Below, in pieces: positions 1 to 11,511 of a stretch of 64,000 nucleotides of DNA. The notes beneath the pieces were generated by a model. It had not been told where the DNA came from. It ran no database searches and saw only the letters and a program-made list of their open reading frames with translations. Origin of the DNA: Eledone cirrhosa (lineage: Eukaryota); NCBI GenBank assembly GCA_964016885.1, contig OZ024741.1, positions 56,544,001 to 56,608,000 on the forward strand. The letters are read 5' to 3'. Position 1 is the first letter of the stretch, and every line of letters starts with the position of its first letter. Position numbers and translations under genes: made by a program.

Positions 1-611
1 CTCTACCCTCTCTCTTCCCCTCTCTATCTCTAACTCTCTCTCTCTCTCTCTCTCTCAAACACACACACACACACATATATATGTGTGTGTGTATTTGTGT
101 GTGTGTGTGTGTGTGTGTGCGTGTGTGCATGTGTGAAGTTAGAGATATAGTTAAGGGGAACAGGAAGAACCTTCAGTTAGGTATTAAAAATAAAATGAAA
201 TTACCAACAAAGGTGTGGATATACGTTGATCAGAATTCTCAACTCGTCATAGTCCTCCGACATTCATCAGCATAAACATAAAAGACAAAATATAAAGTCA
301 GTGAAAACCTGTTGCTATGTTTATCGACAATAACCTCTATCGTCTATATAAATATGCAAATTAGACTACTGAATGTCTCATGAAACTTCCTGATATGAAT
401 TCAAATATTCGATTTAGTGTATGTATGCGTGTATGTATGGACCTGTAACTCGTGATGGAGTCATATGGACGCCGTAGTGACATACAGTATTGCTTGGGCA
501 TTTTAAACTTGACGGAGCCCATCTTTCTCCAAGTCTGAACAGAGCTGATTTCTTACAGAGAAGGAAAGAGAGAGAGAGAGCGAGAGAGAGAGAGAGAGAG
601 ATAGAGAGAGA

Positions 612-668
<57 letters not shown>

Positions 669-924
669 GGCTCAGGAGAAAAAATGGCCATCTAATACAA
701 GTAGGCAAAGCGCGTTAGCCTTGGTTGGTAGTGTGTGCATACTATCACCACTCCTGTTCATGGAAGGAGTGTTTGAAGACTCTGCCACCTCGACCCTCTC
801 ATGAATAAGTGGACGAAGAAGAAGAAGAAGAAGAAGAAGAAGAAGAAGAAGAAGAAGAAGAAGAAGAAGGATTATATAATTTGAGATAGTTGATAGTTGG
901 TCCTTTGATTTGACGTTTCTAATT

Positions 925-1044
<120 letters not shown>

Positions 1045-1985
1045 AGTGTGTGTGTGTGGGTGTATGTGTGTCTGTGTGAGTGTGTGTGTGTGTATAACTC
1101 TTCCTCTCTTTTAGGTTATTGAAAATCAGTTTAAATAAATCTTCTCATAATTAAATTCCCAATACTGACTATAAAGAAAATTAAAAACATGTTCGGCCAA
1201 GATTGAAGAATTTCGATAGAATTTCGGTAATTTTCCAGCTGTTACGGTCTAGACATTTACAGACAGTAACGCGATATATAATTTGGATATACATCAATAT
1301 TGATTTTTGTTCCACCACCGACACAATGTAAGTTATGGACGAACGAGATCAATTCATTATTTAAATCATCGAAATGACTCCATTTTGTTTTCGCCTGTTC
1401 TCAATAAATATGAAAACAGGACACTTATGGTTACAAACTTGGGCGCTGCTGCCGAGAAGGCACAGACGCGGAAGATGGCCAAATTCTAGACAATGACTCA
1501 ATTACTGACCGCTTTCTTTTTGTGCAGGTTGCCATTGAGGTATCCTGTGTTATTGGCGGTTATTTTCTTGCATCAAATCAGGACAGAATTATTACTCTCA
1601 ACTGACGGCGTAGAGTGGCTCTATTGAGTGGAACAGCTGATGTAGTGAGTGTGGCTAGCAACATTTTTACCGTCTTATTCGCGTAGCTCAGCTGGGATAT
1701 GGCGTACAGACAAGGATGTAAGAGTTCCACATTCTCATCAACACTTTTTTCATTTCTTTTCTTTTTATTCTTTTTGTCATTCATAAATTGTCTTTTTTGC
1801 CATCTTATTGCAATGGTCTGTGTGGTTGCCTAATATACAAGAGATAAGCTGTTCTGTCATGTTTTTCCATCATATTATTTACTCCATCTAGCATTCAAAG
1901 GATTTATTAATAGCATGTGTGAGTGGTTGAAAGGTCATGTCCCTCAAAGCAAGAATAATATCACTCTTCTTTCTCCACATACAGT

Positions 1986-2450
1986 CTATCTCTCTCGATC
2001 TCCCAATCTCTCACTATTATGAGCAACTGGGGACCCACGCGCTGGCCGCCCCGCGGCCCCGGAGGACAGAATAGAGAAGGCGTTTCCCCAGAGGATAGTG
2101 AGGAAGAGCCATTCCAGCTCGTGGGTAGCCAACTTTGTGCTGGTGGCCGTGAGTAAGGAGGTAGCCATAGGGCCAAAGACACCAGAAGTCTCCTCTGCTA
2201 CGTGCTTAACCGCAAACCTGTCTGAGAGTGACCGATATTTGGAGAGTTTATCCTCCTCGGCCCGAAGTGTAGCAGAGCCGGGGTTAGTCGCAAACGACAC
2301 CAGGTTGCTGCTGGAGAATATGTCGCTGCAAGTGGTATCTCTGATGAAGGGTTTACCACCACGGAACAGGAAGATAGTCATGCTGTCCTGCCTTTTGCCG
2401 TCCCCTCAGTACAACCCCGCTGGCTCGAGCTGGGACAGAAAGCCTGCAGC
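1986..2450 (-). mobile_element. 3' fragment of a CRE-like non-LTR retrotransposon (restriction-like endonuclease domain), decayed
   Basis: ORF 1986..2381 reads F.GGKP.I.DTTC.D.F..SNL....PGSA..RAEEDK..KY..L.....VA.ETSGVFGP...WL...I..GNA.SIL, the typical C-terminus of CRE-clade RLE proteins. A weaker + strand relic near 1420-1560 gives GAAAEKAQTRKMAKF*...VQVAIEVSCVIG. Confidence 0.7.
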
Positions 2451-3001
2451 ATCTTTTTTGTAGTAAATTAAAAATAAAGTCACATAAAAATGTTGTAAAC
2501 AATGCTCGAACTTCAGTTTCTAAGATCCATCTCCATCACTGCTTGTAGCCTATAATAATTTCTAATATATCCACTAAATTATAATTTATCTCTGTTTATG
2601 TGGGGAGGAGGCAAGTTGATTAAACCAACATCTGGACTTGATTGGCAATTATTTTAGCAACCGCGAGAGGATTAGTGGCAAAATAAGCTTCGGACAAAGA
2701 TTGAATTCAGGATGCAAAGAAGTGTACCTAATAAAATATTGATTCTGCTAATTCACCGTCCTAAACATTAAAACCTATAATTTCAATCAAGCTTAATCGT
2801 TATATATTTGGATAACATACAAAAGAAGGTAACTGTTCAAAAAGGGAATGATTCATTAGATCAGGATGTCCAATGTGGTCGATTGGTGGGCTTTGGGGCC
2901 GAGGGCTGACAGTTGTATGTATGTATGTATGTATGTATGTATGTATGTATGTATGTATGTATGTATGTATGTATGTATGTATGTATGTACATATATGTAT
3001 G

Positions 3002-3032
<31 letters not shown>

Positions 3033-3143
3033 GTATATATGTGTGTGTGTATGTATATATATGTGTACGTATATATATATATATATATGTATGTATATGT
3101 ATATGTATATGTATGTGTGTATGTATGTATATGTATGTATATG

Positions 3144-3176
<33 letters not shown>

Positions 3177-3309
3177 GTATATGTATGTATATGTATATAT
3201 ATATATATGTATGTATGTATATGTATGTATATGTATATGTGTGTATATATGTATGTGTATGTATATATGTATGTATATGTGTATGTGTATATATATGTAT
3301 ATGTATAAT

Positions 3310-3762
3310 GGAGGCATATGGCTTAGTGGTTAGAGCATTGGTCTTGCAATCGAAAGGTTGTGAGTTCAATTCTCAGACTGGGTGATGTGTTGTCTAGGAG
3401 AAGCAAAGCTCTGATATAACATCTGCAAACCTGATGGTATCCAATGATGTTGACTTGTTCTTCTTTTTGGTAAATATCATCTTGGTTAAGAGAGTGGGAC
3501 TGGCTTTGTGCAGTGCCTTTGCTCACTATAAAAGCTTCACGGCACAGGCATTGCTTTATATCTAGAGATCTCTCTGCACTTGTCGTCACATGGTACCATG
3601 GGCCCAGCACTATGTGTCAATAATTGTCACAAGTGTAGTGTTTGTACCAGAGTTTTCATGTCGCAGGCTGGACTAAAAAGTCACTCGTTCAGTGCATAGG
3701 TAGGGATTCTCCTACATGGATATAAAGTAGTGGCCGTACTCGAAAACGAGTTGGGAGCCACC
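3310..3762 (+). mobile_element. tRNA-like SINE head (3310-3392) fused to the RTE-derived non-autonomous element body, with (ATGT)n tail
   Basis: A-box-like TGGCTTAGTGG and B-box-like GAGTTCAATTC; from 3393 the sequence is near-identical to the copies at 4139 onward. Confidence 0.75.
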
Positions 3763-3897
3763 ATGTATGTATGTATGTATGTATGTATGTATGTATGTAT
3801 GTATGTATGTATGTATGTATGTATGTATGTATGTATGTATGTATGTATGTATGTATGTATGTATGTATGTATGTATGTATGTATGTATGTATGTATG

Positions 3898-4507
3898 TTA
3901 TGTCAGGTCACCACTTGGTGCTACTGGTAACATGTATCCCAGTACAACCTGTCTCATGGTCGGGTCGTTGGCGACTAAACTGGCAACCCCACCAAGGTTT
4001 CTTGGTGAGGAGGGTGACTTTGGACATCCTGCAGGACTAAAAACAAAACCTGTCAAAGGGCAAAGGAGCTCTTAAGAGTCAATGGCCATCCAAAATCAGT
4101 GGGAGAGATGACCCCTTAGCCTTTGTCAAGGCAGAATTCTAGGAGAAGGAAAACTCTGATATAACACCTGCAACCCTGATGGTATCCAATGATGTTGACT
4201 TGTTCTTCTTTTTGGTAAATATCATCTTGGTTAAGAGAGTGGGACTGGCTTTGTGCATTGCCTTTGCTCACTATAAAAGCTTCACGGCACAGGCATTGCT
4301 TTGTATCTGGAGATCTCTCTGCACTTGTCGTCACATGGTACCAAAGGCAAAGCACTATGTGTCAATAATTGTCACAAGTGTAGTGTTTGTACCAGAGTTT
4401 TCAAGTCGCTGGCTGGACTAAAAAGTCACTCGTTCAGCGCATCGGTAGGGGTTCTCCTACATGGATATAAAGTAGTGGCCGTACTCGAAAACGAGTTGGC
4501 AGCCACC
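3898..4507 (+). mobile_element. Non-autonomous RTE-derived retroelement, longest copy (RTE 5'UTR-like part + LINE 3' end), (ATGT)n tail
   Basis: Contains RTE 5'UTR-like motif CTAGGAGAAGGAAAACTCTGA; 3' part has a C2H2-like remnant (CHKCSVCTRVFKSLAGLKSH) and ends GAGTTGGCAGCCACC(ATGT)n; 5 copies share the 3' end with variable 5' starts. Confidence 0.75.
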
Positions 4508-4569
4508 ATGTATGTATGTATGTATGTATGTATGTATGTATGTATGTATGTATGTATGTATGTATGTAT

Positions 4570-5078
4570 GTTCTTCTGGTTTTATAATTTCACAAATTTT
4601 TGCCAATAGAGAGAGAATCGGTTTCTAACATAGTTACAAGACTCTCTCATTGGAATTTACACAACATCAACTAGGTAGATATGTATGCATGTGTAGGTAT
4701 AGATGTTATTGTATGTGTGAATGTTTATGTTTTGAGTTGTATGTGCGCATGTGTATACGCTTTGTATTAGATGCAGAATTTTTGGAATGTTTTACATATT
4801 TTCACTGTTCCATTAATGGATTGTACTTGTAATTTCCTAACTAGTTGTGTTCTTTCTGTTCCCGTGAAGCCCAGATTCTCAAGATTTGTATTGAGGCAGT
4901 TACTAACATATCCCAGTGCCCCAATAATCACAGGCATAAATCTGAAGGTATAATCAGGGTGGAGTATCTGCAGATTTCTCATCAGTTCTGCATAAATATT
5001 CTCCTTTCCGCTAATCTTTAATATTATATTTGCATCTGCTGGGCAGCTAACTTCCACTACTGTGCATGCCTTCTTTTG
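4570..5078 (-). mobile_element. 5'-truncated R4/Dong-like RLE LINE (C-terminus + 3'UTR) inserted in (ATAC)n
   Basis: ORF 4767..5057 EVSCPAD...K...Y..L......P....PVIIGALG...LQ.....GT.KI, parallel to the end of the 43-kb element; flanked by ATGT repeats on both sides. Confidence 0.8.
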
Positions 5079-5160
5079 TATGTATGTATGTATGTATGTA
5101 TGTATGTATGTATGTATGTATGTATGTATGAGTTTTTTTTTTTTTTTTTTTTTTTTTTTC

Positions 5161-5516
5161 GCGGGGACATAGAAATAATCGGGCTGGATGCCCGATCGCG
5201 CAGTTAAACCACTGGGAGTGAATAACCCCTAGCCCTTGTCAGGGCATTCTTCTAGGAGAAACATCTCAGGAAACTGGGTTAACTCCGACATAAAACCTGC
5301 GGCTCAGTAGTTACCGATGATGTTGATCTTTTCTTCTTTTCGGGTTATAGCTACTGTCGCTCAGAGAGTGGGATTGGCTCAGTGTACAGTCTTTCCTCAC
5401 TTTAAAAATATTCGTCACGCACAGGCATTGCACGAGTGCATTAATAATTATTAATAGTGTACTATTATTATTATAAATCTTTTTTTTTTTTTTTCGATAA
5501 CGAGGGGGCAGCCATC
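5161..5516 (+). mobile_element. Divergent sister family of the RTE-derived non-autonomous element
   Basis: Colinear motifs (CCCTAGCCCTTGTCAGGGC, CTAGGAGAA, GAGAGTGGGA, CACAGGCATTGC) and matching end GATAACGAGGGGGCAGCCATC(ATGT)n. Confidence 0.7.
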
Positions 5517-5532
5517 ATGTATGTATGTATGT

Positions 5533-5943
5533 CCGGGAGAGATGACCCCTTAGCCTTTGTCAAGGCAGAATTCTAGGAGTAGGAAAACTCTGATATAACA
5601 CCTGAAACCCTGATGGTATCCAATGATGTTGACTTGTTCTTCTTTTTGGTAAATATCAACTTGGTTAAGAGAGTGGGACTGGCTTTGTGCAGTGCCTTTG
5701 CTCACTATAAAAGCTTCACGGCACAGGCATTGCTTTATATCTGGAGATCTCTCTGCACTTGTCGTTACATGGTACCATGGGCCTAGCACTATGTGTCAAT
5801 AATTGTCACAAGTGTAGTGTTTGTACCAGAGTTTTCAAGTCGCTGGCTGGACTAAAAAGTCACACTCGTTCAGCGCATCGGTAGGGGTTCTCCTACATGG
5901 ATATAAAGTAGTGGCCGTACTCGAAAACGAGTTGGCAGCCACC
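5533..5943 (+). mobile_element. RTE-derived non-autonomous element, 5'-truncated copy
   Basis: Near-identical to 4100-4507; ATGT-type repeats on both sides. Confidence 0.8.
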
Positions 5944-6083
5944 ATGTGTGTATGTATGTATATATGTAGGTATGTATGTGTGTATGTATGTATATATGTA
6001 GGTATGTATGTATATATGTAGGTATGTATGTGTGTATGTATGTATATATGTATATATGTATATATGTAGGTATGTATGTATGT

Positions 6084-6610
6084 GCAACCCCACCAAGGTT
6101 TCTTGGTGAGGAGGGTGACTTTGGACATCCTGCAGGACTAAAAACAAAACCTGTCAAAGGGAAAAGGAGCTCTTAAGAGTCAATGGCCATCCAAAATCAC
6201 CGGGAGAGATGACCCCTTAACCTTTGTCAAGGCAGAATTCTAGGAGAAGGAAAACTCTGATATAGCACCTGCAACCCTGATGGTATCCAATGATGTTGAC
6301 GTGTTCTTCTTTTTGGTAAATATCATCTTGGTTAAGAGAGTGGGACTGGCTTTGTACAGTGCCTTTGCTCACTATAAAAGCTTCACGGCACAGGCATTGC
6401 TTTATATCTGGAGATCTCTCTGCACTTGTCATCACAGGGTACAATGGGCCCAGCACTATGTGTCAATAATTATCACAAGTGTAGTGTTTGTACCAAAGTT
6501 TTCAAGTCGCTGGCTGGACTAAAAAGTCACACTCGTTCAGCGAATCAGTAGGGGTTCTCCTACATGGATATAAAGTAGTGGCCGTACTCGAAAACGAGTT
6601 GGCAGCCACC
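6084..6610 (+). mobile_element. RTE-derived non-autonomous element, 5'-truncated copy
   Basis: Near-identical to 3983-4507; ATGT-type repeats on both sides. Confidence 0.8.
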
Positions 6611-6631
6611 ATGTATGTATGTATGTATGTA

Positions 6632-6924
6632 CAGGGGCCTCGTTTGCCTTTAAAATGTGAGGGGGACAAACCGACATTTGTTGATTCTTAAAAGAGCATA
6701 AATTGCCTATGGTGCCTTTCCCGGACCCTATCACATAAGTAAAATTTTACGCTAATTAAATTTTATATATTCAAATGAAGTTCAGATATAAAAAAAATAA
6801 GCTGAAAAAGAATTTATTATATCAAATAAACAAAAAATAAAATATAGACGTTTGAAAAAGTGTGTGTGTGTGTGTGGGGGGGGGGGTACTTGTCCCCTGG
6901 TACCCCCCTGAAACAGGGCCCCTG
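6632..6924. mobile_element. hAT-type MITE
   Basis: Terminal inverted repeats CAGGGGCC...GGCCCCTG; 8-bp TGTATGTA on both sides (compatible with a hAT TSD but inside a microsatellite). Confidence 0.6.
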
Positions 6925-7267
6925 TGTATGTATGTATGTATGTATGTATGTATGTATGTATGTATGTATGTATGTATGGATCCGTAGGGGCACTTTAAAC
7001 CTGGTGTAACTCATCCCCTCAGCAGGTCTGAACACAACCAATTTTTGCCAACGAAACTGGAACACTCGTCGTCGTAACCGACGGAGCCCCAGTTATATTG
7101 CCTATTTATTCTGTCTACTCATTTATATATTTACGTGATGTATATATAGTCTGAAGTCATAACACATTAATTGCCTATCTATTGCCTGAATAACTATCAA
7201 CATTTGATATCCAATTCCTATTACTAATACGCATATCAACCCGTTTGATATTATTTTTTAGTATAAT

Positions 7268-7460
7268 TGGGCGGTGGATTGGCAGTATCGGTAGAGGGTC
7301 GGATGCCATGCTTTCCAGCATAGTTACGTCCCTTTACGATCTGAGTTCAAATCCCGCCGAGGTTGACTTTGCCTTTCATCCTTACGGGGTCGATAAAATA
7401 AAGTACCAATAATGAACTGGGTCATTGCTGGCCTTGTGCCTAAAGTAGAAACAATTATTT
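7268..7460 (+). mobile_element. tRNA-derived SINE (octopus-type, Meta-domain-like centre)
   Basis: A box TGGCAGTATCGG, B box GAGTTCAAATCC, centre GCCGAGGTTGACTTTGCCTTTCATCCTTACGGGGTCGATAAA. Other copies: 54811-55000 (+), 53480-53710 (+), 8575-8735 (-), 25890-25960 (-), 27522-27650 (-), 31795-31897 (-), 55638-55757 (-), degenerate 2600-2760 (-). Confidence 0.85.
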
Positions 7461-8103
7461 TTTAGTATATTCAACTGTCTAAATATTTAAATTTCTAACT
7501 TTTAATTTTTAAAAATTTAAATATTTGATTTTTGATCTGTAATTTTATTTTCCAATGGGAATTTATATTAACCGTCGCATTAAGTTATATTCTTATTTTG
7601 TAGTTGTTGGTCAGTATATTCTCCCACCATAAACGGGTAGTGGCGACGCACGCACCCAAACACAAAATTTTGTTGGACACCGAAGCTAGCAGTAAACAAC
7701 AACTCTGTGACTAAATTGAACTCTCTGTAACCGTATTGTGTTGCCGGCTGAGGTGTGGGGGGACTGGTGGTTGGGGAGAATCACCTAGGGTAATATTAAT
7801 TTGGGTGGTGGTTAAGCGGTCAACTTTCCCCACCTCTGGGTCTGCGCAGAGCTGTCGGGAAGTTCTGAGGTTCACAAGGGAAAGAACAACGCCAGCAAAA
7901 ATGATTATTATTTTAGCACGTTCCCTTTCACCCATGATTACCTCGGCCACGTTAAGCTTTTACTCAATTTCGGTGTCTGTTGAAATCACGATAATGGTTC
8001 AATAATCAAGGGACCATGATCGGTATTAAAATATGTACCACGGCCTTATTAATAAAGGACTTTTTAACATCTACAACTTCCTGCATTTTCCTCATCCCAC
8101 CCC

Positions 8104-8228
<125 letters not shown>

Positions 8229-8403
8229 TGTAATAAACAACATAAGATAATTATTTCATTTACAGTGGTTTCTTGAAAGCAAACAAATCTGCTTTCAGTC
8301 GTCAGAATGAAAAAATCCTGGTGTTTTTATTGAAAGTGGATTTGAAAACAAAAATATAAGAAATATGAAAGTGAGGCTGAGGGAAGAAGAAAAAAAGATT
8401 ATA

Positions 8404-8451
<48 letters not shown>

Positions 8452-8859
8452 CATGCTTAGGGTTAATGAGGAGTTAAAGACTTCACAAAGGGGGCGATTC
8501 TAAAATGGTTATATATCCCTGCATTAGATGATATAAAGTAATGTTAGGCACGCTGCAGTTATATATGAAATAATTGTTTCTACTTTTGGCACAAGGTCAG
8601 CAATTACCCAGTGCATTACTGGTACTTTATTTAAGGATGAAAGGCAAAGTGAACCTCGGCGGGATTTGAACTCAGACCGTAGAGGGACGTAACTATGCTG
8701 GAAAGCATGGCGTCCGACTCTCTACCGATATTGCTAATAATAATCCTAGATACTTCTAAAAATCATTTATTCCTTGGTGTATAAAAGGTGGGATGATGAA
8801 GGTCGGATAACCTTTGGTTATATAACTGTTTGATCAGAGCTAAATTCGGTTAAACCACA

Positions 8860-9200
8860 ACGATACCAACAACGACAACACCACCAACGACAACAATGAC
8901 AGCAACGACAAAAACAAAAACAACAGCATCAGTGACAACGACAACAACAAAAACAACATCGATAACAACATCAACAACATCAGTGACGACAATAACAAGA
9001 ACGACGACAGCAATGGCAACAACAGTAGTAGCAACGACAACGACAGCGACGACAAGAATGGCAACGACAACAACGACGACGAGGACAGAAAGAAGAAGAA
9101 GAAGAAGAAGAAGAAGAAGAAGAAGAAGAAGAAGAAGAAGAAGAAGAAGAAGAAGAAGAAGAAGAACCTCAACGACAACTACAGTGACGACAAAAGTAAC
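8860..9200. repeat. Compound (CAA/GAC)-rich low-complexity tract plus (GAA)n
   Basis: Direct inspection. Confidence 0.95.
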
Positions 9201-9599
9201 GCACTTTTGATCATATTTTTGTGATAAACTATGTTTTTCGTGTTTTTGGTGTGTTTATTTTTTTAATAAACTGCAATACTTTTAGAGAAGAAAAACGCCT
9301 TAAGAGGAAAATGACATATTTATGGAAGTTTTAATCCATTAAATCTCCACATCTGATTAGATTACTGTCAGTTCTGTCAAATACATTGGCACAACATGCA
9401 GTAGACTAATGAAAATATTCGCTTCCGTGTAGGAAACTATTATGTATCTATCTAGCTTCCTACTTTACTCAATTAGAAGATACAGTAGAGAGTAGAATAC
9501 ACATGGCCACGGACACAAGGTGCTATGCAGTGGGACAGAAGATGAAAGCACGTAGTTTCAAAGTCATTGACAAAGCATGCAGTATAGTAATGAAAATAA

Positions 9600-9733
9600 G
9601 AGGAACCAAGCCAGTTTGTTCTAAGTTCAGTCCCGCTGGGTAGTACCATGGGCAAGTGTCTTCTCCTCTGGTCTTGGGCTGACCAATGTCTTGTGAGTGG
9701 AAATTGGTAGACAGAAGCTGCAGAAGCCCACCC
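9600..9733 (+). mobile_element. Degenerate copy of a second octopus-type SINE family
   Basis: GTTCAGTCCC...GGGCAAGTGTCTTCT...TTGTGAGTGGA..TGGTAGAC.GAA.CTG.AGAAGCCC resembles an abundant octopod SINE (from recall). Confidence 0.55.
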
Positions 9734-9829
9734 TATATATATATATATATATATTGAGCTCTGCCGTCGGGGTCATACTTTTTCCTATATATATATATAT
9801 ATAATATATTTTATATATATATATAATAT

Positions 9830-10021
9830 ATTTTAATATAGATGAGATTCTACAGGACTAGAACTGTTTCATTCTTTAGAAATCATCAGATTCCTGATGA
9901 TTTCTAAAGAATGAAACAGTTCTAGTCCTGTAGAATCTCATCTATATTAAAACTTTTATACTCTGCAATGTATTGAGTACCTTACTTACTGTGATTACCT
10001 CCGATTCAACCCGGAATAACG
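9830..10021 (+). mobile_element. PLE pseudo-LTR remnant with fold-back inversion; same family at 29978-30235 (-)
   Basis: 9830-9889 is the reverse complement of 9894-9953; flanked by (TA)n; contains an HHR. Confidence 0.75.
9888..9938 (+). ncRNA. Type I hammerhead ribozyme motif
   Basis: AGAUUC / CUGAUGA / UUUCU-AA-AGAAU / GAAA / CAG-loop-CUG / UA / GAAUCU: stems I, II and III all formed, GUA cleavage triplet. Homologue at 30066-30116 (-). Confidence 0.85.
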
Positions 10022-10094
<73 letters not shown>

Positions 10095-10099
<5 letters not shown>

Positions 10100-11083
10100 T
10101 AAAATAATTAAGTCAAATATTTAAAATTTGACTTCGTTTATTAAAGGTGTACTGCTATATATATTTCGGTGACAGCCATCCTTGGCTGTGATCTCTCCAG
10201 GCAGTCCGAATTGGTGTGGTAGAGACAGGTACACATGTTGTTGAGGTGTTTAACTCCGTCAATACTCCGATATGCCCAGTTCCTGGTTGGGTTGTTATTT
10301 CACTGAGGAACTGGAATCATATGAACTCGAAGAAACGAATTTCGGCGTCAAAGGAACTCTCTCCTCCCATTGGTCAGTTGTGAGAACATTCCTCAGTCAA
10401 AAGCCTAAAGAAATTTTTCTGAGGCAAGGCAATCTGTTGTGGTTGATTTTGTTAAGTACAGCTGACCTCCTCCCTTGTATTGGTGTTAGGGTGTCAGGGG
10501 ATCAGTAGGCAGGTCAGCTTTAGTTCGGCTGCTGCTATGTTTAGAAGAATGTGTGTGTGTGGGTTGGCATCCATCCTGCCACCATTTCCTGTGATGGTAG
10601 AGGGGTGTGTGTGTGCCAAACAGATGAAGAAATAAGATGATGTAAAATGGAGAAAAGAATTAGAGGCAATAAAATGAAAAAAATAAAAGGATAAAAAAGT
10701 AAAAAATAAACAAAAAAATAATAAAATAATAAAAAGAATAAGATAATAAAAGAATAAAAGAATAAAAGAATAAAATAAAATGCGTGTCTGTTATAACCAA
10801 TCTCAAAGTTTGAAAGATTTGGAAAATATTGACTGAAGTAGAAAGGCTGTGTGTCAGGATCGGGAAGTGCAAAGGATCACAATCTTTACACTATCGTGGT
10901 GTGGTGCGTTTTAAGAGCAAATGAGACAAGGGTGGAGTGTAAAACACCAGAACCCGAGTGTTAAAAACCGGGAATTCAGAGGACTACAGTTCCTATTTCG
11001 GCATAGAGTACATATGCGCGCGTGTCAACTCACATCGTTCCAAGCACACACGCACAAGCACAGGCCCAGTTGTATCCCCTATG

Positions 11084-11126
<43 letters not shown>

Positions 11127-11490
11127 GTAAGTATCTGTGCATGTACAATCTTATATAACAGTATCTATGTATGGACATATGCATAAGTACTTCTTTAGAA
11201 CATTCCTCAGTCAAAAGTCGATAGAAATTTTTCTGAGGCAAGGCAATCTGTTGTGGTTATTTTTGTTAAGTACAGCTGACCTCCTCCCTTGTATTCGGAC
11301 TGCCTGAAGAGGATGACTGTCACCAAAATATATATAGCAGTATAGCTTTAATAAACGAAGCCAAATTTTAAATATTTGACTTAATTATTTTATTTTACAT
11401 TACTCCGGAATAACCAAACCAACCTGCGTACTTCGTCGAGTGCTCCAATCTGCATACTGAGGAGTAGGTAAACAACCAGCATATACTCAA
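10095..11490 (+). mobile_element. Non-autonomous PLE-like element with inverted terminal segment and HHR variants
   Basis: 10095-10210 is inverted relative to 11295-11395; 10384-10481 is directly repeated at 11198-11295; HHR variants at 10151-10205 (-, core CUGGAGA) and 11299-11341 (+, CUGAAGA, G12A); (TA)n flanks. Confidence 0.7.
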
Positions 11491-11511
11491 AATTTATATA
11501 TATATATATAT

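Noticed and set aside
2800-3385. Long ORFs rich in YI/HT/CV/MYVC (also at 26.3, 30.7, 49.1, 57.8 and 58.4 kb)
   Set aside because: Translations of (TA)n, (CA)n and (ATGT)n microsatellites that lack stop codons.
3310-3385. tRNA gene
   Set aside because: A/B boxes are present but the acceptor stem does not pair and the sequence runs into a repeat body; it is a SINE head. The same applies to 7268 and 54811.
8840-9210. Poly-Thr/poly-Arg or poly-Phe/Leu ORFs
   Set aside because: Trinucleotide low-complexity tract; no splice or domain evidence.
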